NCBI GenBank assembly: GCA_963976765.1
Contig: CAXBME010000002.1
Span: forward strand, 62,001 to 126,000
Source: an uncultured Planctomycetaceae bacterium
Lineage (GTDB): Bacteria; Planctomycetota; Planctomycetia; Planctomycetales; Planctomycetaceae
Length of the DNA: 64,000 bases
Direction of reading: 5' to 3'
Shown here: one piece after another, positions 8,133 through 18,781 of the stretch
Numbering within the stretch: position 1 is the stretch's first letter
Layout of the letters: the number at the start of each line of letters is the position of its first letter
Translations under genes and position numbers: made by a program
The notes under the pieces: generated by a model
What the model saw: the letters and a program-made list of their open reading frames with translations, nothing else
Database searches by the model: none
What the model was told of the DNA's origin: nothing

Positions 8133-10619
8133 TTATTCGTCGACCGGAACGGGAGGAATGAAGTCGGGCAGCTCAGCTGGCGGCAGTGGAGCAACCTCGG
8201 TGAATTCGGAATCGTCGCTGATTTCCGAGTTGGACGGCGACTCGAATTTGACCGACTCGAAAGTTTCAACCACACCCGTAGAAGCGGCAGCGTCGTCTGG
8301 CATGAACTCAGGAACTTCCAGGGTCTGCGAGCTTTCGCCACCGAGCTGCTGGAGAAAACTCAGGTCAGACACTTCGGCAGCTGGTGCAACCTGAACGCGG
8401 GCATTTTCCGGGACTTTCAGACCTTCGAGCGATTGCGGCGCGTGAGCTTTGTTGAACAGAGCCGCCGAATCGCTGGCTGGTGCGAGTGGCTGAGGCTCAA
8501 CGGTTCCCGGCTCAGCAGTCGGTTCCGGAGTAAACGGCTCAGCAGTGAACGATCCGTTTTCCCATTCCGGAGCGTCACCGGGCACCATGTTCTGGTTGTA
8601 TGGCCCGGCACTGAGCGGCTTCGGACGATTGATCATTCCATTCAACCCGTCCAGACGAATCTGATTTTTATGCCGGCGCATGCCGTCTGCGTAAGCCTGC
8701 ATTGGCCACAGGTCTTCGGTCAGGAAGACTTCGTTGTAGTCAAGCAGCGACCCCTTCTCGAAGTGAACGTTCCGAACAGCAATCGTGTATTCAACCAGCG
8801 AGCGATGGTAGTTCGTTTCCGCGTCGAGGAACCGACGCTGAGCGTCCAGCAGGACGTCGAAGTTGACCTTGTCAGCATCGAACGCCGCCTGCACCGCGTT
8901 GAGTTGTTCCGATGCGGCGATGCGGCGATCGTCGGAAGTTTCCAGCAACGACCACGTTCGACTGAGTTCCGCAACGACTTCGCTGAGAGCCATCACGACT
9001 TCTCGTTCCTGTTCGGACAGGATGGCCCGTTCGCGACTGAGTAACAGCTCCGCATATTCGACAGCCGCGTGGGCTCGACGATTTCCGATTGGCATGCTGA
9101 ATTCAAATCCGAGCTGCCATTCCTGGAAGTTTCCACCGAACAGATTCTCAGCCGCATTGTTGAATGAAACGCTGTCGAGGTCGCCCGCCGTTCCCGTTGT
9201 TGGTGTCGAAGGATCGTGTTGTTTCAGCAGGTCACGCCCGAGGCCACGCCAGCGATAGCGACCGACCAGATCGAGAGTGGGTAACAGGAAGTTTTTCGAC
9301 GCGATCAGCTCCTGCTCGCGTTGTTTGATCACCCACTTCTGGCGACGCAACTCACCTCGGCGAGTCAACGCTTCGACCAGAATGGAATCCCAGTCAAAAT
9401 TGACCTGTGCAAGAATCGGCTCGTCCTGAGGTCGCAGCAGCTTGCCATCGTTGATCGGCAGCCCCATCAGCAATCGCAGACGTCGTTCTGACGAAAGGAC
9501 GCCGCCGTTTCCTCGAAAGGCACCGCCAGCAGTTCCGTTGTTCGTTCGCGTGCCGCCATCGAGCTTTCCGCTCAAAGCGTTCTGAACCTGTTCCTGAAAG
9601 CGGAAATACTGCTCGCGAGCCTGCGCTTCTTTTTCCGCCTCACCGCCAACTCGACCACTTTGATAGAGAGCGTTAATTCGATTCCACGTCGCCAGTGCGT
9701 TGTCGCGAGCGACGATTCGAGCGTCGAGATCTCGGTAAGCAAAGTACAGATCCCAGTAGGCGTTTTCGACATTGCTGACAAAGTCGCGGACTGACATTTC
9801 GAAGTCAGCCAGAGACGTATCGGTTCTCAGACGAGCGATCACGACACCATTAATGCTAGCTGGCGACTCGCTTGGTCCCGCGATTCGGTTGAACTCGGTC
9901 CCTCCTCCTTGAAGCAAAGGATGCCGGGCTTCCATGTCGAGCCACGTGGTCCAGGCACCGCCGAAGAAGTTGCCGGGCGCGTTGTTCTGGTCGTATTCCG
10001 TGTGGTTGAGAAATGTCAGTTCGGTTCCCGTACCGGCGCGCTTGGTCAGTTGCGACTCGATCGTGGCTGTGTCCTGCTTCAGGCGTCGGGTACCACCACC
10101 GAAGAACTGATTGTTCAACGCCCGGTCGTTCTTGTCGTAGAACGTTGATGTTGCGAATGACGCATCGAATTCACTCAACGCGGCCGCGACGCCGAAGCGA
10201 GGATCAAGCTCCTGAAGTGCAACGTCAAACGAGGTATCCATGTCGCCAGGGCTTCGCAGAATGGCTCCACCCAGATCCCTAAGTACGCGTGAATTCATCA
10301 GCGCCGTATGCACGGCTTCCTGTAAAGGCACATATTTGAACTCGATGTCGGATTCATCCGTGACGGTTAGCGGCGGAGCGGTTGCCAGCACATCGTTATT
10401 GATCGGGTCCATGATGTTTGGAAATTCGATCGACGCCGACGACACCTGGTAGTAGTTGGCGTCGGCAGTCGTCCCGACCGAATCGTCCGGTCGATTGAAC
10501 CCGCAGCCAGCAACCAGCCCGAGCGCACCGGCCAACAACGAGGATCCGATCACGGTCGATCTGAACCACGCCAACCCGTGACGCCGCGAAGCGTTCACAC
10601 GGCAGACTCCAGGTGTCAT
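8133..10619 (-). CDS. TolC-family outer membrane protein (probable lipoprotein) with Pro/Glu-rich C-terminal tail
   Basis: Lipobox LVAGC; VENAYWDL, LLPTLDL, FSMPIG, DVLLDAQRR outer-membrane-factor motifs. Start uncertain; the ORF track extends to 10802. Confidence 0.85.
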   Translation of the reverse strand: MTPGVCRVNASRRHGLAWFRSTVIGSSLLAGALGLVAGCGFNRPDDSVGTTADANYYQVSSASIEFPNIMDPINNDVLATAPPLTVTDESDIEFKYVPLQEAVHTALMNSRVLRDLGGAILRSPGDMDTSFDVALQELDPRFGVAAALSEFDASFATSTFYDKNDRALNNQFFGGGTRRLKQDTATIESQLTKRAGTGTELTFLNHTEYDQNNAPGNFFGGAWTTWLDMEARHPLLQGGGTEFNRIAGPSESPASINGVVIARLRTDTSLADFEMSVRDFVSNVENAYWDLYFAYRDLDARIVARDNALATWNRINALYQSGRVGGEAEKEAQAREQYFRFQEQVQNALSGKLDGGTRTNNGTAGGAFRGNGGVLSSERRLRLLMGLPINDGKLLRPQDEPILAQVNFDWDSILVEALTRRGELRRQKWVIKQREQELIASKNFLLPTLDLVGRYRWRGLGRDLLKQHDPSTPTTGTAGDLDSVSFNNAAENLFGGNFQEWQLGFEFSMPIGNRRAHAAVEYAELLLSRERAILSEQEREVVMALSEVVAELSRTWSLLETSDDRRIAASEQLNAVQAAFDADKVNFDVLLDAQRRFLDAETNYHRSLVEYTIAVRNVHFEKGSLLDYNEVFLTEDLWPMQAYADGMRRHKNQIRLDGLNGMINRPKPLSAGPYNQNMVPGDAPEWENGSFTAEPFTPEPTAEPGTVEPQPLAPASDSAALFNKAHAPQSLEGLKVPENARVQVAPAAEVSDLSFLQQLGGESSQTLEVPEFMPDDAAASTGVVETFESVKFESPSNSEISDDSEFTEVAPLPPAELPDFIPPVPVDE

Positions 10620-10945
10620 CCCCGAGCCGATACCGTTGCTGCCTCTGACTCCATTCATCGTGCTTTGTCCTGATCCACAAAAGAGGACTCGGCGGATTTC
10701 GCTCGTCCATGAGCGAATCACCTGACACATTCGCTGCCCGAGAGAAACCGACCATCTCGAACAGCAGGCCACCCACGCGAAAGCGCGAATTCTTCCGCGC
10801 ACCTCGCAGCGGAGGCATGTCTCGTCTTTTCATCGGCCAGGCCGCACGATCGACACAACCGTTTTATTGCTCAGAATCGAAATTATCCGCACAGATTACC
10901 GGCTGAATGATAAGGCAGAGCAAATACGCAAGATCGGTCACCAAT

Positions 10946-13168
10946 TCACGGCGTAAAACTGCCCCGCCGCTCGACCCCATCGGACAACCCGCTAACCCGA
11001 TGGATGCACCGGTCGATCGCTCCACGCACCACGGATTCGCTGCCGGCAATGCATAAAAACCCGGGCAATGTCTGACCGCTGGCCTGATCTACCGACTCTT
11101 TCACTCGCGTAACGGCGGTGTAAAGAAGCTCGCGGGAAAGAACCGGCGAATCGCGCTCGGGCAGAACCAGCAGCACCTGTCTGAACTCCGAACCCTGGCT
11201 GCGATGAATCGTCATCGCGAAGCAATCCTGTACGCCAGGAATCAACGATGCCGGCACACGTCGAACTCCAGAATCGTTGCTCCCGTCTTCAAAGACGATC
11301 GCACGACTCTGGTCAGCAACAGACGAAGGCTTTATCCCGACGTCCCCCTGCGCGACCACGCCAACATCGCCGTTGAACAGGTCGAGCCGGTAATCATTCC
11401 GTGAGACCATGACCAGGCGACCGAACGAATCTCCGGCGTAAGAGCTCAGCCAGCCGTCTGCCGTCAGACGTTCGGCGATACGCTGGTTGAGCATCGTCTC
11501 ACCACGCAGACCGGAACGATGCGCGCACAGCACTCTGATCTGCGAGGCCTGATGCAGAATTTCCAACGACCCATTCGGCTCGTCTTTAAGTCGCTCCAGA
11601 TAATCGCGGTAACCGATTGCCGCCTGCTCAATCGCAGACTCAAGCGGCGACGCCCCCGGAGCGTTCCCATCGAGCCACCGGATCTCGTCCGGATTCGCCG
11701 CTCGAAGCAGCGAGATTGCCTCTTCTGCTCGGCCCTCGCGAATCGCTGTCGCCAACTGACCGAGTGAACTCTCGGCAGAAAAGCGATGACTGTAGTTAAG
11801 CGTGGCGACACTCTCGGCCAGCGTGCTCGCCGGAGCGGTTGAACCTGCCACCGCAGCGTTTTTCTGTTCAACAGCCGCGAGCGACCGAGTGGATGCTTTG
11901 TCGGGAGTCCCGTCGGCATCAAACGACAGCGTCAGCTGTTTCGAATCGACTTTCTTCCTGCGCGACGTTGACCTCGTTTTTGACATCTCTGCCGGCACAG
12001 ACTCCCGAGTCGACACAGAAGCCGACGAAAAATCCGAACCTGCATCCGCCATGCTTAACCCGGTCCGGTGAGCAATGATCGCTCGCCTCTTCTCACTGAG
12101 CCTGTCGAACGGGCCACCCAAAAAGTCTCCGCACAAGTCGCTCAACACACCGCCAGCTTCGACGGAAGCCAGCTGGTCTCGATCCCCGATCAGAATGACC
12201 TGAGCCGAATGTGGAATCGCATCGAACAGACGGCACATCAGCGCGAGGTCGACCATCGACGCCTCATCGACCAGCACGATGTCCGCTTCCAGCGGCACCT
12301 CGGCACGGTGACGAAACGGCCCGCCGCGCTCGGGCGGCAAAGGCGTCCATCCGAGCATCCGATGAATCGTTCCCGCCGAAATCTGCTTCAGCGCATCCTG
12401 CACTCGCTGGTCACCGTTCAGCTGCTGCGTCGCACGACTGAGCGACTCGTTCAGCCGCTGAGCCGCTTTTCCGGTCGGAGCCATCAGCAGAATGCGCAGC
12501 TCGGCAGGATCATTTCCAGCAGACAGATGCTGAAGCAGTCTGAGAGCCAGAAGTCGGGCAACCGTCGTTGTTTTCCCCGTTCCCGGCCCGCCGGTGATCA
12601 CAGAGAACCATCGATCGACGGAATTGGCGACCGCCAGGCACTGATCACGACTGCCAGCGTTCTCCCGATCCGGAAACAGCTCGGCGATTTCACTCCGCAG
12701 ACGAGCTTCGTCGAACGGCAACGGATTCTGCGCTAATCGGCGGGCAATATTGCCGGCGAGCCTTTGTTCGAAGTACCAGTACCTCGCGAGGTACAGCCGA
12801 CAACGTTCAACGTCGAGGACTAAAGGAGTCGCAGCGGCTTCCCAGTCAGCACCTCGCTCAACGACTGTCACCAGCGGGCTGTTCTCCAGATTCTCGACCC
12901 ATGTTGTGACTTCTGGCCAGTTGTTGTACTGCCGAATTCTCGAATCCAGGTCGGTCGTCGGAAACGCGATCTGGTGAGCCACCGACAGGTCGAGGCAAAC
13001 ATGGCCTCGCGTCAGCTGCTCGCTGCACAGCACCGCCGCCAGCAGAACATCCGGGCTCGTCGACGCGTCGACGCGTTGAAGTGTGTCTGCGAATGCCTGA
13101 TGAATCGGAGACAGAACTCCGTCGACAGCCAGCTGCTGAAAGGTCAGCGAAGAAGTGAGGGCAGTCAT
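10946..13168 (-). CDS. recD: Exodeoxyribonuclease V alpha subunit
   Basis: GHVCL, LYLARYW, ITGGPGTGKTT, APTGKAAQRL, TIHR, VDEASMVD, GDRDQLASVEAG, FNGDVG, AMTIHRSQGSEF, RELLYTAVTR. Confidence 0.95.
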   Translation of the reverse strand: MTALTSSLTFQQLAVDGVLSPIHQAFADTLQRVDASTSPDVLLAAVLCSEQLTRGHVCLDLSVAHQIAFPTTDLDSRIRQYNNWPEVTTWVENLENSPLVTVVERGADWEAAATPLVLDVERCRLYLARYWYFEQRLAGNIARRLAQNPLPFDEARLRSEIAELFPDRENAGSRDQCLAVANSVDRWFSVITGGPGTGKTTTVARLLALRLLQHLSAGNDPAELRILLMAPTGKAAQRLNESLSRATQQLNGDQRVQDALKQISAGTIHRMLGWTPLPPERGGPFRHRAEVPLEADIVLVDEASMVDLALMCRLFDAIPHSAQVILIGDRDQLASVEAGGVLSDLCGDFLGGPFDRLSEKRRAIIAHRTGLSMADAGSDFSSASVSTRESVPAEMSKTRSTSRRKKVDSKQLTLSFDADGTPDKASTRSLAAVEQKNAAVAGSTAPASTLAESVATLNYSHRFSAESSLGQLATAIREGRAEEAISLLRAANPDEIRWLDGNAPGASPLESAIEQAAIGYRDYLERLKDEPNGSLEILHQASQIRVLCAHRSGLRGETMLNQRIAERLTADGWLSSYAGDSFGRLVMVSRNDYRLDLFNGDVGVVAQGDVGIKPSSVADQSRAIVFEDGSNDSGVRRVPASLIPGVQDCFAMTIHRSQGSEFRQVLLVLPERDSPVLSRELLYTAVTRVKESVDQASGQTLPGFLCIAGSESVVRGAIDRCIHRVSGLSDGVERRGSFTP

Positions 13169-16100
13169 TCGGCAGTCCTTCCATCCAGGGCGTCCGAAAG
13201 GGCCTTCACAAAGCTCGCCTCCGGACGATGGTGCCAGACTCCGGCCCGAGGTGATCCGTCCACCGGCAAACCTCGCAGAAACAGATAGACGACTCCGCCA
13301 AAGTCTGTTTCCAGGTTGAACGCCGGCAGTCTCTGTTCGAGCAACCGACCGACAGCCACCGAGTACAGACCAGCCTGAAGTAGATAGTCATACTCGAACA
13401 TCGCCGCTTCGAGACACTCGGTCGCGTAGTTCGAAATGTTCGGGCCGAGATAATTCGTTTTGTAGTCAGCCACGAACCATTTTCCGTTTGCCTCAAACAC
13501 GAGGTCAACAAAACCAGCCAGAAACCCCTGCAACCCCGCGACGGACATTGCTCGAACCCGCCTTGCGTAATCATGCATCAGCGAGTCCGTCGACGATTCG
13601 AACGCTGCCGCCAGTTTCCGTGTGGAAAATTCCGCCGCTCCGCCGAGCCTGAGCAGGAATGGTACTTCCGTGGCCAGACGGCAGGCTTCAATTTTCGAGA
13701 GGCGGCATTCGTCGTCGCCGATCGTCAACGTTTCGGCCAGACACGTCGTCAACGTGGCAGCCAGCGGGGCCAGCCAGCGAGCATCCAGTTGCATTCGCTC
13801 CAGCCTCGGTTCAAGCAGTCCTGTTACCTGCTGAGAAATCTCCTCGCGCGAAGCACCATGAAGACCGCCAGACATCAACGCATGCTCAAGCACAAAATGT
13901 ACCACGTCACCAATCAGTCGCCCGCCCGGCATCGTCGCCAGTGGAACTTCAGTGTCGCTGCTGTCGCTTTGTAAGTCCGATTGAAATTCCGAGTCGCCAC
14001 GCAACGGCATGACCAGCGAGTCGCGATCCACAACGTCGTCGATCATCCGACCGTGCGTCGAAGAGGCCAGCGCCGTGAAGCTGGTTTGCGACACGGCTGA
14101 AATCGTCTGTCGGCGAACGGGCCGCGACACGAGCCTCTGCTCAGATGCCTGCTGCCTTTCGTAGCGGACGCCTGGTCGAAGTCGCGACAATTCCGCGCCG
14201 CTGCGAACCTTCGCTCTGTCGATATCGAAGCTGCCGACCCATTCCCGGATGCAGGCGGCCAGTTCCGTGTCCGATGAATTCTCGGAAAGTTCACCGAGCA
14301 GAATCTGACCGAGTGCGGAGTTCGCCGAGTTTTTCGCCGCCGTCCAGTAAATGTGGCATTGATGCTTCGCCCGCGTCAAAGCGACGTAAAGCAACCGGCG
14401 TTCTTCCGCCCCGCTTTCGTTCTGATCCTGTCCCTGGCGAACTGGCAGCAGCTCGGAACCGACATCGATCTGCGGCACGGGCAACAACTTGCCATCGACT
14501 CCGCTGCGCGACATCACGACGGTCGGCTTTTTCCATTCACGAATCGACCACAGAGCCGGGCAGTAAACGATCGAGTATTCAAGCCCTTTCGACTTATGAA
14601 TCGTGCAAAGCTGGACCGCAGCGCTGTCAGTCTCCAGGCGAAGCAACGCTTCCTCGTCGCTGTTTGAACCTCGGCGGAGTGTCTGCTCGAACCAGCGTAA
14701 CAGCTCATCGGGGCCGGCATGGGCAGATGCGGCCTGTCGATGCAGCAGCTCGCCCAGGTGCAGATAGTTGGTGATCTGCCGCTCTCCGTTAATCTGCCCG
14801 GCCAGTCGTGCGATCGTGCCTTCGTCATCAAGCAAACGCCGCCACATCACGACAAAACCGTCGCGCTGCCAGAGCGTGTGCCAATCCAGTAGTCGCTCAA
14901 CGAAGTGCGACAGTCGATCGCTGTCGTCGCGCAGCGAATCAATCTGCTGAGCATTCAGGCCGAAGACCGGCGTCTGTAACGCGTTGAATAATCGAGTCAG
15001 GCTCGTTGTGTTCTGAACGGCCCGCAGAACGTGCAGCATGGCTTCAGCCTCGGCAGACTCGAAAACCGACTCGTCAGTTTGAAGAACGGAAGCGACTCCT
15101 CGATCAGCCAGTGCCTGCTGAATGCTTCGCAACTCATAACCCGCTTTACACAGCACGGCGATGTCTGAAGGTTCCAGCCGTCGCCACGAGCCATCGCCCG
15201 AGCGGATTTCATCATCAGACTGAAGCTGCGAAACGATGTCTTCCACCAGTCGCTCGACAGTGAGTTCCAGCGCCGCCGACCGAGACATTGCTTTATCGGG
15301 TTCCTGATATTCCGGTCTGGGGATCAGCGAAACAGACATCGCAGGCCCCGGTCGAAACCGGTCGTCGTAGTGAGCATCGACTTCTGGCAGAGGAATCTGT
15401 TCGTTGAGAAACGGGTTCGACACGCTGTCAAAAACGGCCTGCACGGATCTGACCAGCGACCGGTCCGACCGCCAGTTCGTTCCCATGTTGTGGCGATGCT
15501 CGGCAGGGGTCTGCCGTTCCGCTTCCAGGTACGCCGCCAGGTCGGCCCCTCGAAAGCGATAGATCGACTGCTTCGGGTCGCCGATCATGATGAAGGCTCG
15601 GTCGGCCTCCGGATCAGGAGTCTCTGCCGCTTCGCGGAACACTCGACTGAAGATGCGATACTGAACCGGGTCCGTGTCCTGAAACTCGTCGACCAATGCC
15701 ACGCGATATTTCTCTCGCAGACTTTCCAGCAGCAAATCCTTCTGACGCCCGTCGAGTGCCTCGTCAACTTTGTGCAGCAGATCACCAAAGCTCATGATGC
15801 CGCGTTCGCCGCGACGCTTCGCCACGTGGTCGCGCACAAACTGCCCGGCTCGCGCCAGCAATCGCGACTCAACTTCCTGCTGCCGCTTTGAAAATTCCCG
15901 CGACAGGTCAGCAATTTCCTGGAGCAACGAAAACGCCGGATGCTGAGGCGTGCTGCCTCGAAAGTCTTTCTTCGTGCCAGCTTCAAGCCCGCCCTGCGTG
16001 AGCCGATTCTGATCTCCATCGAGCTTGTCCTTATCCCACTTGAATTCAGCCAGCGATCGGGAATCGACCAGCGAATCGATAAACGCCATTGACTTGTCGA

Positions 16101-16914
16101 TCTGGTCCGCCGTTTTATAGCTGACCTTGCTCAACACACCGTTCAGCATGGCGGCATCGATCAACTCACGAATTGCGGAGCGTTCCTGCGCCCAGACTTT
16201 CGCCAGCTGATCGACCAAACGCTCTGCCGATTTCAGAAAGTCCGAACGCAGCAATTCATCGAGTTCACCACTATCCGGAACGATTTCCAGCGACGGGCTC
16301 TCCATCACTGCGGCGGCGACTTTTTGAATTGCGCCGTACAGTGAATCATTGAGCGGCAGCCAGCGTTCGATCAAAGAATCTTCCGTCGCCCACGACTGCG
16401 CGACAAAATCGTCGACGCCTTCCCGAATCTGCTCATTGAGCGAGGCAACCAGCTCGACGTTGAAACGCGTTCCTGATTCGAAAACCAGTTCCTGCAAAAC
16501 CCGGCTGCAGAATCCGTGAATCGTGAAGACGGGAGCCTGATCGAAACTCAGCAGCGCATCTTCAATTCGCTCAACGACTCGCGGACCGGAATCTTCATCC
16601 CACGCCCCCCCCTGCTCCAGCAGTTGCACGAGTTGAGGGTCCGCCTTTCCGGCCTCACCGGCAGCTTCGACATCAGTCGGATCGGGACAGGATCTCAGCA
16701 GTTGAAGAGCGTCATTCAAACGGCCACGCAATCGATCGCGCAGCTCCGACGTCGCTGCCTCGGTGAACGTCGTCACGAGGATCTGATCGGTCAGGCAACC
16801 GCCTTCCAGCAGCAGCCTCAGATAAAGAGTGGTTATGGTGAACGTCTTCCCGGTCCCGGCACTGGCAGCAATGCTGTGCACTCCGGAAAGAGGCATCTGT
16901 AACGGATCAAACAT
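13165..16914 (-). CDS. recB: Exodeoxyribonuclease V beta subunit (UvrD-type helicase plus nuclease)
   Basis: ASAGTGKTFTI, TFTEAATSEL, TIHGFC, VDEFQDTD, GDPKQSIYRFRGAD, TIHKSKGLE, LLYVALTRA; nuclease motif GFVDLVF...DYKTN; 4-bp overlap with recD. Confidence 0.93.
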   Translation of the reverse strand: MFDPLQMPLSGVHSIAASAGTGKTFTITTLYLRLLLEGGCLTDQILVTTFTEAATSELRDRLRGRLNDALQLLRSCPDPTDVEAAGEAGKADPQLVQLLEQGGAWDEDSGPRVVERIEDALLSFDQAPVFTIHGFCSRVLQELVFESGTRFNVELVASLNEQIREGVDDFVAQSWATEDSLIERWLPLNDSLYGAIQKVAAAVMESPSLEIVPDSGELDELLRSDFLKSAERLVDQLAKVWAQERSAIRELIDAAMLNGVLSKVSYKTADQIDKSMAFIDSLVDSRSLAEFKWDKDKLDGDQNRLTQGGLEAGTKKDFRGSTPQHPAFSLLQEIADLSREFSKRQQEVESRLLARAGQFVRDHVAKRRGERGIMSFGDLLHKVDEALDGRQKDLLLESLREKYRVALVDEFQDTDPVQYRIFSRVFREAAETPDPEADRAFIMIGDPKQSIYRFRGADLAAYLEAERQTPAEHRHNMGTNWRSDRSLVRSVQAVFDSVSNPFLNEQIPLPEVDAHYDDRFRPGPAMSVSLIPRPEYQEPDKAMSRSAALELTVERLVEDIVSQLQSDDEIRSGDGSWRRLEPSDIAVLCKAGYELRSIQQALADRGVASVLQTDESVFESAEAEAMLHVLRAVQNTTSLTRLFNALQTPVFGLNAQQIDSLRDDSDRLSHFVERLLDWHTLWQRDGFVVMWRRLLDDEGTIARLAGQINGERQITNYLHLGELLHRQAASAHAGPDELLRWFEQTLRRGSNSDEEALLRLETDSAAVQLCTIHKSKGLEYSIVYCPALWSIREWKKPTVVMSRSGVDGKLLPVPQIDVGSELLPVRQGQDQNESGAEERRLLYVALTRAKHQCHIYWTAAKNSANSALGQILLGELSENSSDTELAACIREWVGSFDIDRAKVRSGAELSRLRPGVRYERQQASEQRLVSRPVRRQTISAVSQTSFTALASSTHGRMIDDVVDRDSLVMPLRGDSEFQSDLQSDSSDTEVPLATMPGGRLIGDVVHFVLEHALMSGGLHGASREEISQQVTGLLEPRLERMQLDARWLAPLAATLTTCLAETLTIGDDECRLSKIEACRLATEVPFLLRLGGAAEFSTRKLAAAFESSTDSLMHDYARRVRAMSVAGLQGFLAGFVDLVFEANGKWFVADYKTNYLGPNISNYATECLEAAMFEYDYLLQAGLYSVAVGRLLEQRLPAFNLETDFGGVVYLFLRGLPVDGSPRAGVWHHRPEASFVKALSDALDGRTAE

Positions 16915-17248
16915 TCTGAATTCCCGATGAACGGATTACACGACGCAAGCTAGCCCACAGACATCCAAAGTGCATCAGTCCGTGGTCATTGGTGAGTGGA
17001 CCTGTCAACTCGGTCACTCCTCTGGTTTCGTTTCACCAGGACGCTTCCCTTGGGTAGGAAATCCGATTCAGCAACGGTGCGATCGCTGCTCGGAACAGTT
17101 AACGTCTGCATTCTATTCGAAGAATTGATGCAGATTCGAAACGCAGACGCGATCGTAGATTCGCACGTCACGTAGTGACGCGTGGCTCGGATTTCGAATG
17201 CCAGATCACTATTCCGACTGATGTTCACTCGACAGGGAACCTGTCTCC

Positions 17249-17708
17249 ATGCCTCGAAATACAATTGCCGCCGCAGGCAGTCTGATCCTGCTCGCCATTG
17301 GTGTGACGTGTCATGCCGCTCCTTCGGCCAGTGAACTGGCTCGGTCGGTATCTGCCCGGTGAAGCGAACGCTGTCAGCGTGGTGCGAGTGGCTGAGATCC
17401 TGAATTCTCCGCGCGCGAAGGTCGAAGGCTGGGCGGAAACCGCAAACGACCGATTTCTCACCGGGGCATCACGAATCCCGCCGTGGATCGACACGCTGGT
17501 GATCGGCTCGCTTGTTCGTCCGGAACTGCATCAGCAGGTCTGGCCAACCGGCGCGCTGTAGCTGCCGAAGAACACCACGATGGAAAGCATCGCGCGCACT
17601 GAAGCATCGCGATTGGACCGACTTGGTGAACTACGCTCGGTGCGGTCAAGTCGGAATTTCATTCTGGTCGAGCTTCGTCCGAGAATGCTGGAAGTGCGGT
17701 CACCAGGC
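17249..17708 (+). pseudogene. Disrupted 5' part of a secreted hypothetical protein gene
   Basis: Signal peptide MPRNTIAAAGSLILLAIGVTCHA; a TCGG duplication (17341-17348) shifts the frame before YLPGEANAV; in-frame TAG at 17559-17561; reading then runs into RND sequence. Confidence 0.7.
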
Positions 17709-18652
17709 GTGCAACTGGAACAGATCTCTCTGGCGGCGATCATCATTGCACTGGGCTTGCTGGTCGATAACGCGGTGCAGGTATGCGATCAGTCACGCAC
17801 CAATCAGATGGAAGGCATGTCACCCGTCGAAGCCAGTATCAAAGGGACGACTCAGTTGCCCACAGCGATGCTGATGGGAACCGCCACAACCGTCGCTGCT
17901 ATTGCGCCGATGCTGATTGGCCTGATCGGCAGCACGCGCGAGTACGTTTACAGCCTGCCCGTCACGCTGTCGATCACGCTGGGAATCAGCTGGGTGCTGG
18001 CGATGACGTTCGGCACGATTCCGGCAGCAGCGTTCATTCGCGTTCCGGCCGACCCGACCAGGCCGTCGGTACCTCTGCCCTGGCTGTTTGCGAAACTGAC
18101 AGCACTGGTCACAAAGAAGAAAAACGCTGACAGTTCCACGGAACAGAAATCTGATCCGCTCGACAGAATCTTCGGAGCGGCCGTTCGCGCGTGTATCGAT
18201 TTCAAGTTCGTTACTATTGGCATCGCTGCTGCATTACTCGTCGTCGCGCTGAAGCTGCCGGTCGCTTCAGAGTTTTTCCCAAAAGACATGCGGGACCAGT
18301 TTCCGATCGAGATCTTCCTGCCGGAGAATTCGACGATTGAGCAGACAGACGCCGTCGCCAGACAGGTTGAAACGATCATCCAGAAGTTGAGCCCGTTGAC
18401 TGACGCTGTCGGACAGCCCGTTGCTGACGAGTCAGGCGAGCCGGTTCAGCAGATTCGTGCATTCCGAACCATGGTGGGTCGCGGTGGCTGCCTCTGGCCA
18501 TGAGCGGTGGTCCGCTGTGGGAAGGCATGTCCTGGTGCATGATCTACTGACTGATCGTCGCTACGCTGCTAACACTGCTCGTCGTCCCGGCGCTCTATGC
18601 GTTGCTTGTCGAAGTTTTCAATGTCAAACCCGTTCAGATTGCATCGGCATGA
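17709..18652 (+). pseudogene. AcrB/RND efflux permease remnant (internal fragment plus extreme C-terminus)
   Basis: ISLAAIIIALGLLVDNA (TM4 motif), TTVAAIAPM, FFPKD; then in another frame LPLAMSGGPLWEGMSWCMIY*LIVATLLTLLVVPALY (last TMs, internal stop). Confidence 0.85.
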
Positions 18653-18781
18653 ACGGCTCGCAACCCGGCTCGCTTCGCAAGAATCGACACTGACACCACC
18701 TCAGTGGCACGTACAGGCAGGTCGAGCAACAATGAACAATGCTGTCGCCCTCCCGCCATGCTTTGTGATCGTCCAACCTCA

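Noticed and set aside
17580..18503. 307-aa ORF as an intact membrane transporter
   Set aside because: It joins two unrelated gene fragments and covers only part of an RND permease; treated as a pseudogene.
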